DNA from: Squalus acanthias
Taxonomy: Eukaryota
Direction of reading: 5' to 3'
Assembly (NCBI GenBank): GCA_030390025.1
Contig: CM059426.1
Span: forward strand, 1,116,001-1,180,000
Length of the DNA: 64,000 nt
Within the stretch, counting starts at the first letter, position 1; every line of letters starts with the position of its first letter. Both the position numbers and the translations under genes were made by a program. Under the pieces are notes generated by a model, which did no database searches, had not been told where the DNA came from, and saw nothing but the letters and a program-made list of their open reading frames with translations. Positions 1 to 12,660 of the stretch are shown piece by piece.

Positions 1-460
1 GGAATTCACCCAGTGTCCTGGCCAGCATTCCTCCCTTGACCAAAAACAGATTGGGCTGGAATTTCCTCGATTAGACTTGCACAGAAATTCACGGTGATTT
101 CCACGCAAAGGTACCTTATGCTGAAATTTCATGAGAATCTCGTAAGCATATGCTGGAAAGTAAAAAGTGGTGAAAAACAAGTGGAAGTAAGCGTACAGTT
201 CTGGTGTAAGTCACTTAAGGCAAAATTTCTCAGAAAAATCCCCTAGTGCAATGTGGCTGTTACGCCATTGTTGCACTGAAAATGGCGAGGAAATTCGGGG
301 CCATTATCTGGTCCTTCATTCATTTCCTGTTGCTGGGATCTTGCTGTCTACAAATTTGCTGCACATTTGCTTATATAACAACGGAATTTACATTTAGAAA
401 GTAATCCATTAGTTTTAAAGTACTTTAGAATAAAGGAACTTATGAATGCAAGTTCTTTCT
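1..460 (+). mobile_element. Deu-domain SINE (SacSINE1-like) 3' part, interrupted by a MITE
   Basis: Diverged match to the fuller copies at 13485-13930 and 52515-52970 (gtgtcctggcca..aacagattatctggtc..aatgcaagttctttct). Confidence 0.7.
53..302. mobile_element. Harbinger-type MITE, 250 bp
   Basis: TIRs GGGCTGGAATTTCCTCG / CGAGGAAATTCGGGGCC with 3-bp TSD ATT; removing it restores the SINE text aacagattatctgg. Confidence 0.85.
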
Positions 461-1741
461 TTAGGTTGACAGGTCATTGTAAGTTGGACGATAGCAGGAG
501 AAGAATCCCCTTTTTCCTCTTTGATAAAGCCCTAACAGTCTATCACTAGATTATTTTTCTCGCCCACCACCCAAAAAAACATTTTTTTATAAGGCAAAGT
601 GTTAGACGTGATGAATTTAGGTATAATTTTTCTTCAAGATAAAGGTGCACACCATTTAAAAAGGGTGTGTACCATGGCGAGTCCAATAATTGAGTGAAGT
701 GCAATTGGTATTCATACTGAGCAGGGCACAGGATGAATTCACTTGCACCAATTGTCATCAAGTTGCTACACTTGAGGAGCAGATTTTTGAACTTGCGAAA
801 GAACCTCAATGAATTATGCAATGCACAGGCTGGAGGAAAGTTTTTGACCAAACATTCCCGAGCATGGATGCACCTGGGCAGGAAGGTGAGGAAAGGAAGG
901 GCTGGAAGAAGATAACAGGAAAAGAAGCAACGGTAGTCAGGAGATAGGGGGCTGGATTCTCCTCTTCGCAGCAGCAAGGTGGCGGGGCAGGACTGCTGCA
1001 ACCCCAACTCATTTTGCTGCGTCAGATCAACATCTTTCTTATGACAGGCCAAATACCTGTCACAAGAGGGAGCCCTCCATTGCCAAGCACCGAGGCCTAC
1101 AAAGGTTAGTGCTGGGGCTGAATTGGAGGGAGAGAAGACCTCCAGTAGGCCATCTCCTCCACTTACAGAAATTGAGCCGTTAATGCTACAACCCCAAGTC
1201 TACTGCCACCTTTCACCAGGCAATCCCAGGAAGCAGTGGTAAGAGCATCAGCAGGCAGGAACCCAGTCCCCAATTTACCAATATATTTACATGTGGCAGG
1301 TGTTGGACTAGAAACCATCTAATCTCAGTGGGATGAAAGGGATCCAGATTCATTGGTTGGGGAAAAAATAGCAGATCAAAGAGTGGGTTCAACAGTGGGA
1401 GATATTTAAATATAAGACAGATAAGATACAAGCAAAATACATTCCAACTAGGAGTCAAGGGGATTAATCAAAGGCTGTAGCTTTCTGAATAGAGAGAGGG
1501 TTGAACAAAAATGAGATTTAAGAAAGAGATATAGGATAAATATAGGGGAATATACCTAGAAGAAACCTATGATAAATATAAAAAGTATAAAAGGGAAGAA
1601 AAGAAATGAGATTAGGGTTTAGAGGGAGTATGAAGAAACGCTGATGGTCAACATAAAAGAAAATAATAAGAATATAAGTGCATAAGAAGTAAAAGGTTAG
1701 TCTTCTTTCAGCCCTTCCTTTCCTCGCCTTCCTGTCCAGGT

Positions 1742-2237
1742 AGCTAATATAAAAGGGAATCCAAAGGTCTTCTGTAGGCACATTAACAGTAAAAGGGTTG
1801 TCAGAGGAGCATTGGGGATTGGGGCTGATTAGGGACCAAAATGGAGATCTATTGGTGGAGGCAGAAGGCGTGGCTGAGGTACTAAATGAGTACTTTGCAT
1901 TGGTGTTTACCAAGGAAGAGGACTTTGCCAAAACTATTGTAAATGCCGAGGTTGTCGGGATAATGGATGAGATAAAAATAGATAAAGAGCAGGCACTAGA
2001 AAGGCTGGCAGTACTTACAGTGGATAAATCACCTGGTCCAGATGAGATGCATCCTAGGATGCTGAGGGAAGTAAGGGTAGTAATTGCGGAGGTGCTGGCC
2101 ACAATCTTCCAATCCTCCTTAGATACAGTAGTGGTGCCAGAGGACTGGAGGATTGCAAATGTTACACCCTTGTTCAAAAAAGGGGAGAAGGATAAAGCTG
2201 GCAATTACGGGCCAGTTAGTTTAACGTTGGTGGCTTT
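1742..2237 (+). mobile_element. CR1 LINE ORF2 fragment
   Basis: Translation [61 protein letters not shown]. Confidence 0.9.
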
Positions 2238-3450
2238 CAGAAACAATGGCGCTGATGTTGACAGGGGCAGGTTTTCCAAGTGGAGGGGGAGGAGTTTCGG
2301 TCCCCTCACATGCTGTGCAGTTATACAGCGTGTGTCTTTTTTATTGGAATGACATGGAAGCAGATAGCTTGGTGTGCCGGAGGAAGCACTCCTGCTCCCC
2401 CTGGTCCACAAGCAGTGCTGTAAGGGCACTTACCTTTTCCACGAAGCTATCCTCGCCTCCCTTGAGCTGCCGGGTTTCCCAAGACCTGTGAAGCACGGCC
2501 GGCCAGGGTTAAACCTGTAAAGCAGGTTAAATGTGAGGCTCCCAGATTAATTATAATATTTAAATTGATAACCCGCCTCGTGGGAGCGGGTTAGCTGCCT
2601 ACCCCCTGTCCTGCTTCCGTGAAACCCAGAAGGAGGTAAATTGGGGTCGGGTTTGAGATTTAAAAATTTTTTATATATCAGTCGACCCCAACCCTCCCAT
2701 TTTTGGGGGTTAAAATTACCCCCAATAATCCAGGAGAAAATTAACAGACACTTGGACAAGCATGGACAAATAAAGTAGAGCCAGACAGATTTGTTAAGGG
2801 CAAATCATGTTTGACTAACTTGATTGTGTTTTTTGATGACAGAGAGGGTGGATGAGGGCAGTGCAGTTGATGTTGTGTATATGGACTTTCAAAAGGGTTT
2901 TGATAAATACCACATATTAGGCTTGTTAGCAAAATTGAAGCCCATGGGATAAAATGGGCAGTGGTAGCATGGATGGAAAATTGACTAAGGGATAGAAAAC
3001 AGAGAGTTGTGGTGAATGACTGACTGTTTTTCAGACTGGAGGGAGGTATACAGTGGTGTTCTCCAGGGTTCAGTACTCGGACCATGGCTGTTTTTGATAT
3101 ACAATAATGACTTGGACCTGGGGTACAGGGCACATCTCAAAATTTGCAAATGACACGAAACTTGGAAGTGTAGTAAACAGTGGGGAAGATAGTAATAAAC
3201 TTCAAGAGGACATAAACAGGTTGGTGGAATGGGTGGACACATGGCAGATGAAATTCAATGCAGTAAAGTGTGTGGTGATACATTTTGGTAGGAAGATTGA
3301 GGAAAGACAATACATGCTGAATGGTATAATTTTAAAGGGGGTGCAAGAAGAGAGACCTGGGGGTGTTTGTGCACAAATCTTTGATGGTGGCAGGACAGGT
3401 TAACAAAGCAATTAATAAAGATAGGGGATCCTGGGCTTTATAAATAGAGG

Positions 3451-3670
3451 TCATGATGCGGAGATGCCGGTGTTGGACTGGGGTGGACAAAATTGAGAGG
3501 TCGCACAACACCAGGTTATAGTCCAACAGTTTTATTTGAAATCACAAGCTTTCGGAGCTATCGATTGCTCCTTCCTCAGGTGAGGAAGGAGCAATCGATA
3601 GCTCCGAAAGCTTGTGATTTCAAATAAAACTGTTGGACTATAACCTGGTGTTGTGCGACCTCTCAATTTT
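3451..3670 (-). mobile_element. Penelope-like 3'-terminal fold-back insertion (90-bp perfect hairpin)
   Basis: Arms 3489-3578 and 3581-3670 are exact reverse complements; flanked by the duplication (ttt)ataaatagagg inside the CR1. Confidence 0.8.
3542..3583 (-). ncRNA. Minimal hammerhead ribozyme motif
   Basis: Minus strand UCAC-CUGAGGA-A-GGAGC-aaucgaua-GCUCC-GAAA-GCU-U-GUGA: conserved core, stem II, palindromic AGCU stem III and stem I UCAC/GUGA. Confidence 0.65.
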
Positions 3671-4280
3671 ATAAATAGAGGCATAGAGTACAAAATCCAG
3701 GAAGTTATGCTAAACCTATATAAAACACTTTCGGCCCCAGCTGGAGTATTGTGACCAATTCTGGGCACCACACTTTAGGAAGGACGTGAAGGCTTTGGAG
3801 AGGGTTCAGAAGAGATTTACTAGAATGGTTCCAGGGATGAGGGAATACAGTTACGTGGATAGACTAGGAAAAGCTGAGGTTGTTCCCCTTAGAGCAGAGA
3901 AGGCTAGGAGGAGATTTGATAGAGGTGTTTAAAATTATGAAGGGTTTAGATAGAGTAAAGAAAGAGAAACTGAAGTGTCGCTAACAAGAGGGCACAGATT
4001 TAAGATGATTGGCAAAAGAACCAGAGGCGACATGAGGATAAAGATTTTTACGCAACGAATGGTTAGGATTTGGAATGCACAGCCTGATAGGTGGTGGATA
4101 CAGATTCAATCGTAGCGTTCAAAGGGAATTGGATAAATACTTGAAGGAGAAAAAATTGCAGGGATATGGGGAAAGAGCAGGGGAGTGGGACGAAATGGAT
4201 TGCTCTTCGAAAAAGCCAACGCAGACTCGATGGGCTGAATGGTCTCCTTTTGTGCTGTAATATTCTATGATTCTATGATT

Positions 4281-4740
4281 CAAAGAAAAGCTGGAACCAC
4301 TTAAAGATAAAGGAAGTCTTCTTGTACTTGTGTGTGAAGAAATGAGGGAGATAAGTACTTCATCACAGTTTTTACAGAGGAAGGTGAAAGTGGAACTGTA
4401 AGAGCAACTGAGGAGGTTGTGGAAAATCCATTACTGGAGATAAATATTCAAAAGGAAACTATTTTTTAAAGTTAGTGGGTCTAAAAATAACCAGGCCCAG
4501 AAGATATCCATCCCAAAATGTTGAGGTAGGGCGGCGGCAGATAATGCAGGGAGTATTCTTGATTTCCCAAAACGTTTTGGAAATGGGAATTGTGCCAAAG
4601 GACTGGAAAGTTGCAAATTTACACTGCTGTTCAAGAATGGGGAAAAGGATCAGCCAGGAAATTATGAGCCAGTTAGACTTCCTCCGTTGTGTGTAAAAAT
4701 CTAGGGGGTGATAGTGTGAAGCTGTGCACTGCAGGCAATA
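4281..4740 (+). mobile_element. Old CR1 fragment
   Basis: Translation GIVPKDWKVANL with surrounding frameshifted CR1 ORF2 similarity. Confidence 0.6.
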
Positions 4741-4999
4741 CTTATTATCAGGTGCCAAGACCTCAGGCTTGATGTGCTCCCATTGCTTGTAACGTGCATA
4801 ATGCTGTGGGAAGTATCTGTGGCACTGAATACCACATGCAGGCGTGTGCTGAGCTCATCAAGGCCTCAGAGGTTGTGTTACTGATCTGATGGGCCCACTC
4901 AGCAGCCGTTTCAAATGGGTGCCAGATGCTAGACCCTGAAGTCAGCATGCTGTACCCTCTTAAAGAGGAGCCTGCTTGGTAGTCAAATATCTGCTCCAT

Positions 5000-5695
5000 C
5001 ACCAAGACTTCCATCTCCGTAACATCGCCCACACCAAAACCACCTACTTCCGTCTCCGTATCATCGCCCACACCAAGACTGTCTACTTCCATCTCCGTAA
5101 CATCGCCCACACCAAGACCACCTACTTCCATCTCCGTAACATCACCCACACCAAGACTGCCTACTTCCACCTCAGTAACATCACCCACACCAAGACTGCC
5201 TACTTCCACCTCAGTAACATCACCCACACCAAGACTGCCTACTTCCACCTCAGTAACATCGCCCACACCAAGACCGCCTACTTCCACCTCAGTAACATCG
5301 CCCACACCAAGACTGCCTACTTCCACCTCAGTAACATCACCCACACCAAGACTGCCTACTTCCACCTCAGTAACATCGCCCACACCAAGAATGCCTACTT
5401 CCACCTCAGTAACATCACCCACACCAAGACTGCCTACTTCCACCTCAGTAACATCACCCACACCAAGACCGCCTACTTCCACCTCAGTAACATCACCCAC
5501 ACCAAGACCGCCTACTTCCACCTCAGTAACATCGCCCACACCAAGACCGCCTACTTCCATCTCCGTAACATCGCCCACACCAAGACCACCTACTTCCATC
5601 TCCGTAACATCGCCCACACCAAGGCCGCCTACTTCCATCTCCGTAACATCACCCACACCAAGACTGCCTACTTCCATCTCCATAACATCGTCCAT
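5000..5695 (+). repeat. 39-bp minisatellite (~17 units) derived from L2 ORF2
   Basis: Unit caccaagactgcctacttccacctcagtaacatc(a/g)ccca; runs in frame into L2 text LRPCLSSSAAETIIHAFVTSTLDYSNALLAGLP. Confidence 0.9.
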
Positions 5696-6840
5696 CTCCG
5701 CCCCTGCCTCAGCTCATCTGCTGCTGAAACCATCATCCATGCATTTGTTACCTCCACACTTGATTATTCCAATGCTCTCCTGGCCGGCCTCCCATCTTCA
5801 AATTGAACTCCTTAAAATTGAACTCATCCAAATCGCTGCTGCCCATATCCGAACTCGCACCAAGTCCTGTTCACCCATCAACCTTGCGCTTGTTGACCTA
5901 CTCCCGGTCCAACAATACCTCGATTTTTAAACTCTCATTCCTGTTTTTAAATCCCTCCATGGCTTTGCCCCTCCCTATCTCTGTAACATCCTCCAGTCCT
6001 ACAACCTCCGAGATCTCTGCGCTCCTCTAATTCTGACATTTTGCGCATCCCCACTTTTAATCACTGGGCCCTAAGCTCTGGAATTCCCTCCCTAAGCCTC
6101 TCGACTCTCTACCTCTCTCTCCTCCTTTAAAATGCTCCTTAATAGCTATCTCTTTGACCAAACCTGTCCTAATATCTGCTTATGTGGCTTAGGGGGAAAA
6201 ATTGAATCGCGCCCCCTTTGGGGCGCTAGCTTCGCCGGGGCGCTACTTTTAGCACCCCGGAAAAATTAGCGCCCCCGCGGCTGAAATTGAGTGGTAGCGC
6301 CCCAAGAGAGAAGCGGGGCGCTATTAGAAGCGCCCCACCTCCCTCTTGGGGCGCTGCGAGGGAATGTCACAGTGCTACGTGCCGCAGCGCCATGCGCTGC
6401 AGGACATTGCACCGCGGTAATGCAGGCCTTCCTCCCCTTCTTAAAGGGGAGGGGCCTTGCGCAGCACGACCCGGGGCCCAGCTGACCCAGTCGGATATAG
6501 CATCCGGCACTAAGTCAGGGGGCGCTACCGAAGATTGCAGCCAGGGCGCGAGTGGGGCGCTGCGCACAGCGATGACGTCATCGCCGGCAGCACAGCACCG
6601 CAGGGTGCTAACGGTTAGCGCCGCCGCTAACTTCCCACTGAATTTCGTGGGAGGCGTTGACGGAGCCGCGCCCGGGCGCTATTTGCTTTGCGCCCCATTA
6701 GCGCCCTCTTAGGACGCTAACGGGAGGTGCAAAGCAACCGAATTTTTCCCCCTTGGTGTTTTATAACGCTCCTGTGAAGTGCCTTGGGAAGTTTTACTAC
6801 GTTACAGGCGCTATAGAAATGCAAGTTGTTGTTATTGTAA
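5696..6840 (+). mobile_element. L2 LINE 3' end, interrupted by a MITE
   Basis: L2 C-terminal protein motif and tail ending gcgctatagaaatgcaag(ttg)n. Confidence 0.8.
6192..6752. mobile_element. GC-rich Harbinger-type MITE (family A)
   Basis: TIRs GGGGGAAAAATTG / CGAATTTTTCCCCC, flanks tta/ttg; homologous to 34597-35489. Confidence 0.8.
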
Positions 6841-6879
6841 CAGACGGCCTAATTTTGACCACATCTCTCTGCAGTTTAT

Positions 6880-7910
6880 ATTCCTTTTCAATACCGAGGC
6901 TATCCAGAACTTCTTAAAGCTACACCCCCTCTCCCCTCTGCAAACATTTACTAAGAGAGCTCCAATAGGAGTATTCCATTGGACATCCCTCTCTATCTGG
7001 AGGGGAAAGATAAACATCATTGAAGACATGCAAGGAAGGTGCCTTCACACCTGAGGCACTCATGAATAGGCTACTCTTATGCTGCTATCTGTATATACAC
7101 AGACCATGGCATCCGTACCTCCAGATGTGCAAGGAGATCTACATGTGGAGACTGCGATGACAGAAACCACATTGAATACAGGACGTGTCTGTCAGTGGCT
7201 GCCTGGTTGAGCGCTGCCATGAAATTTTATGTCACTGAGTTAGTCCCAACAACAGCAGGACATCAGTGATAAATATTCAAACGTTCAGTACACAGCTGTG
7301 TCATGCAGGTGACATATGCAATGTTTTCCTTGGGATTGGGATTCCATTACTTTCCCTTCATGGCTGATAGAGGACCAAGCCTATCCACTGGCGCTCTACC
7401 TCATGACCTGTTTGACACACCCACCTAGACCTGATTAGAAGTTCAATGAGGCACATACAGCTACCAGGGTCTTGGTACAGTCGACCATGGGGCTCCTGAA
7501 ACAAAGGGGATCATTTTAATCCAACTCGCTGGGCGGGGAACCCACGGGTTTTACACCCTGCCCAATATTGACTTGAAAGGAGAGTAATCTCGGGCAGGGT
7601 GTAAAACTGGCATTGCACTCAATCACGTCGGTTTCCTGATAGGAGGGTTCGGTTAAAATTGCACCCAAAGATTCTGCTGCCTCAGTTCTGTAGGGGGGAA
7701 TCTTGCTGTACAGTCTGGCCAAGGTATCCAAGATTATTGAAGCCTGCTGCACCTTGTACAACTTAGCTCTACAAGGAGCATTGTCATGGATCATGGAGAA
7801 GATGGAAACCAAGTTCAACAGTCAGTACAACCAGGAGCCAAAAGGGATTCCTGCAGAGACACCTACTCATTCAGCAGTCTTAAGGCAAGCTGCCATAACC
7901 CATACCTTTA
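6880..7910 (+). pseudogene. Highly decayed Harbinger (HARBI1-like DDE) transposase
   Basis: Manual translation WLIEDQAYPLALYLMT..KFNEAHTATRVLVQSTMGLLKQ|RFCCL..LLYSLAKVSKIIEACCTLYNLALQG matches the DDE_Tnp_4 C-terminus; the 5' limit is approximate. Confidence 0.75.
7506..7666. mobile_element. Small MITE inserted in the transposase relic
   Basis: Ends GGGGATCATTTTAA / TTAAAATTGCACCC with TSD AAA; removing it restores the codons LKQRFCCL. Confidence 0.75.
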
Positions 7911-9119
7911 CTTACATTTTCACACAGAGAGATAGAAGTGGCTATTGAGGCAGAGACTATAAAGGGTATTGGATAAGTATTTGTAAAAGAAGAATATAAA
8001 ATAATACAGGGAAAGGGCACAAAAATTAGAGATAACTCCAGCAATGGGCAGAATGGCTTCCTCATGTGCTGTAATTTCTACGGCTCACTGGAGCTATAGT
8101 TTTTTCTGTCCGAACAGGAGCCCAAAATGTCAACTGACTGTTGACATCCACAGATACCCACTGACTTGCTGTGTGTTTCCAGCTTTTTCAATTTTTCTTT
8201 CAGAGTTCCAGTATTTGCAAAATTTTGCCTCCACTGGCCAATACTTTGCATTATTATTTGGGAAATGTCTGGACTGAAGGGATCATCCAGTTCAGGTCTG
8301 TTGCTGGTTCTAATTCCAAATCTATAATACTTGTACGGTATTCGCACAAGCTAAGTATTTTGTAATTTTCGACCATAGCTGTTTCAGAAATGCAACCAAT
8401 ATGCCATCCAATTCTCCTTTTAATTGTTTGCATAAATCACATTTATACTACGAGATGATTGTTAAATTGCATTATTAGCATTATTTTACTAATGTGGGGG
8501 TATAACAGCTAGCATTTAATACATGGTATGACAGCGCAAGTAAGAATGTACTGAGGCATTACCAAGGGACTGCCCTATTAGTAATAATCACGATTGTATG
8601 CAACTGGCAACAGTTCCATTTTTACACCATCTGTATTTATTGGCCTCTGCTGATTCTGTCTTTATATTCTGTCTCAATGGGTCCTACGTTTCCATGAAAA
8701 TAATTAAGATGTCTGGAGGCTCAGTTAATCTTCTTCACAGTGCCAGACAGATCCTGGTAGACAATTGTTTGCAATTAAGAGTTAAGGACACCCACACTGA
8801 GTACGAACGTTGATTTCACGAAACACCCTATCAGACCAGGAGGGTAATGTTGGCTTTGGGGCGACAGAGTAAAACGGGTGATATCGGTTCAGCCGCCCAT
8901 TAACCGCCTCTCCGATTTCCGTTTCCATGAGTTCAGTGGAATCGGGAGCGGTGTTTAATGGGTGGCTGAGCCAATATTATCCCAAGGAATTTCAAATAAA
9001 ATATAATCAATAATGTCAGTGGATGAGTAGGGGGATGATTTTCCGACATGCACTACTGTGGGTGAGGCTCCTCGCTGGCGGTGCAAAGTCAGAAAATCAC
9101 CCTTTATATGTCCGATTAT

Positions 9120-9480
9120 ATAACAACAACAACTTGACTTTATATACGTAGTAAAATGTCCCACGGCACTTCACAGGTGCGTCATCAAACTAAATTTCAC
9201 ACCGAGCCACATAAGGAGATATCAGGACAGGTGACCAAAAGCTTGGTCAAAGAGATAGGTTTTAAGGAGCGTTTTAAAGGCGGAAAGAGAGGTAGAGAGG
9301 CGGAGAGGTTTAGGGAGGGAATTCCAGAGCTTAGGGCCTTGGCAGCTGAAGGCACGGCCGCCAATAGTGGAGCGATTAAAATCGGGGATACTCAAGAGGC
9401 CAGAATTGGAGGAGAGCAGTGATCTCAGAGGGTTGTAGGGCGGCTGAAGGAGATTAGAGATGGGGAGGGGCTTACAACTG
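9120..9480 (-). mobile_element. L2-tail-derived repeat
   Basis: Reverse complement of the L2 3' end seen at 6060-6840; (caa)n start. Confidence 0.75.
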
Positions 9481-9699
9481 CAGCTGTGCTATAGGGATCA
9501 ATGCATCATTATCCGATTTACTTCAGTTGCAGCTTTAACATCTATTCCTTCACTCACACACTAACGCGTGGGATCTGATTGTGTGCAATGAACCCAATCT
9601 TCATATTAATCCCAATAAAACTCTTCGAGTTTGTCTTAACTGCTTCAGCAGTTGACAAGAATGGATTAGGAATTCCTCAAGTCACTATGCATAGTGACA

Positions 9700-11580
9700 T
9701 TGTAAGTTCTCTGTGACCATGGTGCATTATCCTTCCTCATCCTCCTTGACCTCTCTGCAGCCTTTAGCATGGTTGATCACATCATCCTCCACCAAAGCCT
9801 CTCCTCCACTTTCCAGTTTGGTGGGACTGCCCTCGCTTGGTTCCAATCCTATATATCTAATCATAGCCAGAATATCTGTACCAATGGTTTCTCTTCTCAG
9901 CCCCGTACTGTCACCATGGGAATCCCACAAATAGCCATCTTTGGCCCTCTCCTCTTCATTGGCCCAGATTTTGCGGTGGGTAATGACAGCGAACTGTCAG
10001 CGTTCCCCATCATTACCCTCTGGAACTGACTGCAACTTCAGGATTTAGCGCAAGCGCAGATAAACGCAGAAATCCTCAAGTTGCAATCAGATATTTACTG
10101 CTCAGACACTGGGTGCACTGTGGACCCCCGCCCGCACCCCTCTCCCCACCCCATAGCTGGCAATCAGTATAATCAGTGGAACTGACGAAAACTTGGGCTG
10201 TTAAATACCCCATTAAATGTTAAGCTTGTTGGAATCGGTGTAACTGGGGTTTTAACAGCGTATGGACTGCTAAACAACTGTTCTGGCCCTGAAAAACTAA
10301 TTTCTCCATTATGATAAAAATTAAACATTTAAAAAACTTTGAAAACATTTTTTTTAAGTTTGTTCATGATATTTCAGCTTCTACCTTATCCCCACGTGAA
10401 AGTCCCAATCTTTATTTCGCTCTCTGTAACATTTTTTAAAAGTCCAGATAAAAGCTGCTTTTCATTTCCTGGTTTGCTGTCTGGGAGAATTCTTCAATGT
10501 GATTGGCTGCTTAGACAGCTTGTTGATGTCACTGCAGCTCTTCACTGGGAATTCCCATTACAGAGCGCTACAATCAATTGCACGTCGAGAAAGGCAAACT
10601 TCTCGCCACAGAGATCTCTGTGGGCAGCTTTCTTCGAGGCCAACGGCAAGCGCCTTTGCTTCGCTGCTGACTGCAAATTACGGGCCAATATCTATATAAT
10701 GCCCTTTGGCGACATCATCCACAGACATGAGGTCAACTCCTACATGTGCGTTGATGACACCCAGCTCTACCTTTCCACCAACTCGCTGGACCCCTCCACT
10801 ACCTCTGTGTTGACGTCCAGTCTTGGATGAGGTGCTGTTTCCTCCAGCTACACATTGGTAAGACCAAATCCATAATCTTTGGCTCCCACCACAAACTTTG
10901 TACCTTTGCCATCATCTTCATCCTTCTCTTCAGTACTGCCTCAGTCTGAGCAAGACTGTTTGCAACCATACTGCCCTATTTGACCCTGAGCTGAGTTTCT
11001 GACTCCATATCACCTTCATCACAAAGCCTGCCTAGTTTCATCTCCGCTGTATTGCCTGCCCCCACCTCTACCTCAGCCCTTCTGCTGTTGAACCCTCATC
11101 CATGCACCTTTAGATTCGACTATTCTAATGCTTTCATGACCGGCCTCCCATCCTTCACCCTTTGTAAACTTCAGCTCATTCAAAACTCTGCTGTCTGTAT
11201 CCAATCCCGCACCAAGTCCCAGTCACCCATGGCGGATCTACAATGGCTCCTGAACCCCAACAATTAAATTAAAAATTCTCATCCTGCATGGTCTCATCAC
11301 TCCCTATCTTTGTAACCTCTCAGGCATTAACCCCTCCCCGAACTCTTCATTTCTCTGCTTCTGGCCTCTTGTGCAGCCCTCCTCTCTTCACTCCATGATT
11401 TGTGGGCATGCTTTCAGCTACCTAGACCACCCCCCCCCCCCCCCCAATCTATGCAAATCCCTCCTTAACCCTTCTACCTCACTTTCCTCCTTTAAGCCCC
11501 TCTTTAAAATCCACCTCTTTGGCCAAGTTTTGGTCACCCCCTCCTAATAGCTCCCTCTTTGGCCTGGCATCTATTTTGTC
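9700..11580 (+). mobile_element. Decayed L2 LINE RT region, interrupted by a MITE
   Basis: Translations VDHIILHQSLSS..GTALAWFQSY, YMCVDDTQLYLS and LDYSNA-like motifs. Confidence 0.8.
9961..10686. mobile_element. Harbinger-type MITE (family B)
   Basis: TIRs GGCCCAGATTTTGCGG / CTGCAAATTACGGGCC; inverted homolog of 30103-30858. Confidence 0.85.
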
Positions 11581-11796
11581 CTTAGATTGTTCTCGTGCCA
11601 AAATATGTGCAGTGGTGGCGGCGAGGAAGACTCTGGCATTTAGCCCCAATTCCTTGAAAGTCCGGCTGTTTCCTTGAAAATAATTAAGATGTCTGGAGCC
11701 TTAGTTAATCTTTTTCACAGTGCCATACAGATCCTGGCAAATAATTATTTACAATTAAGGGTTGAGGGTGCCCACATTGAGCATGAAACACTATAT

Positions 11797-12551
11797 GGGC
11801 CAAAAATTCGGCCCTTCCCGGGTGAGTACACAGTCCGTACTCACCCGTAAAGCGTCCCGAAGTACCGGTTTCCTGCATGCACTGCGCATGCGCGGGAAAC
11901 CGGAACTTCCGGTATGGTGAAGGGGGCGGTTCCTAGGTGAACCGCATGCGCGGTAGAGGCTGCGCGCACACAGCAAACTTAGATTTTTTTCAGGTTTCTA
12001 CGCGAGGGTAAGTAGTGAAGAACCTACGCTATTAAAAAGGAGGCGCAGGACCCGTTTTCAACAAGGTAAGTGGTTAATTAAGTATAATTTAAAAAAAATT
12101 TCAACAGGTTTATCTTTTTTAGATACTTTAAAGAAAGGTAAGTTTATTTTTATCACTTTTAAAAAGTATTTAAATTTTTTCAAAAATTTAAATTTTTGTT
12201 TAAAGTGGTTAATTTATTTAACTATATAGTTATTTTATTAATGTGATGGTTTTAAAAAAAAAATTATTTTAAGTTTAGCTGTTCTTTTGGGGCCGATTTC
12301 AATTCAGGTCTCCTGTCAAATCTATGAATGAAAGATGGTCTGCTGCCATTGGCTCTCCATGGCCCACGTGATCCCAGGGGACGCATCGCACTAACTGCGC
12401 CCCTGGGACACGCAAGCACTGCGCGCCGGCACTTGGAGCAGGCCCAGGAGCTGAAGTTCCCGTGGGCCCAAAACACAACGGCAGGCGCGGTAGGTAAGTG
12501 CGCGCACGATCCTTACCCCCGCAGCAAGCCGGAGAGGCGAATTTCTGGGCC
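11797..12551. mobile_element. Harbinger-type MITE (family C)
   Basis: TIRs GGGCCAAAAATTCG / CGAATTTCTGGGCC, TSD TAT, AT-rich core; inverted homolog at 37942-38707; empty paralogous site near 8830. Confidence 0.85.
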
Positions 12552-12660
12552 TATATCAGACAAGGAGGGTAATACTGACTTTGGGCGATAGTGTAAAACG
12601 GGTGATATTGGCTCGGCCGCCCGTTAAACACTTCTCCTGATTTCTGTTTCCCTGAAGTCA

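Larger units (their letters stand above)
2723..4280 (+). mobile_element. CR1 LINE 3' half, decayed
   Basis: RT motifs (KFANDTKLG, WQMKFNAVKC) and an (attctatg)n tail at ~4262-4280. Confidence 0.9.

Noticed and set aside
4763-5695. 310-aa V/G/E-rich minus-strand ORF
   Set aside because: It is the antisense reading of the L2-derived 39-bp repeat.
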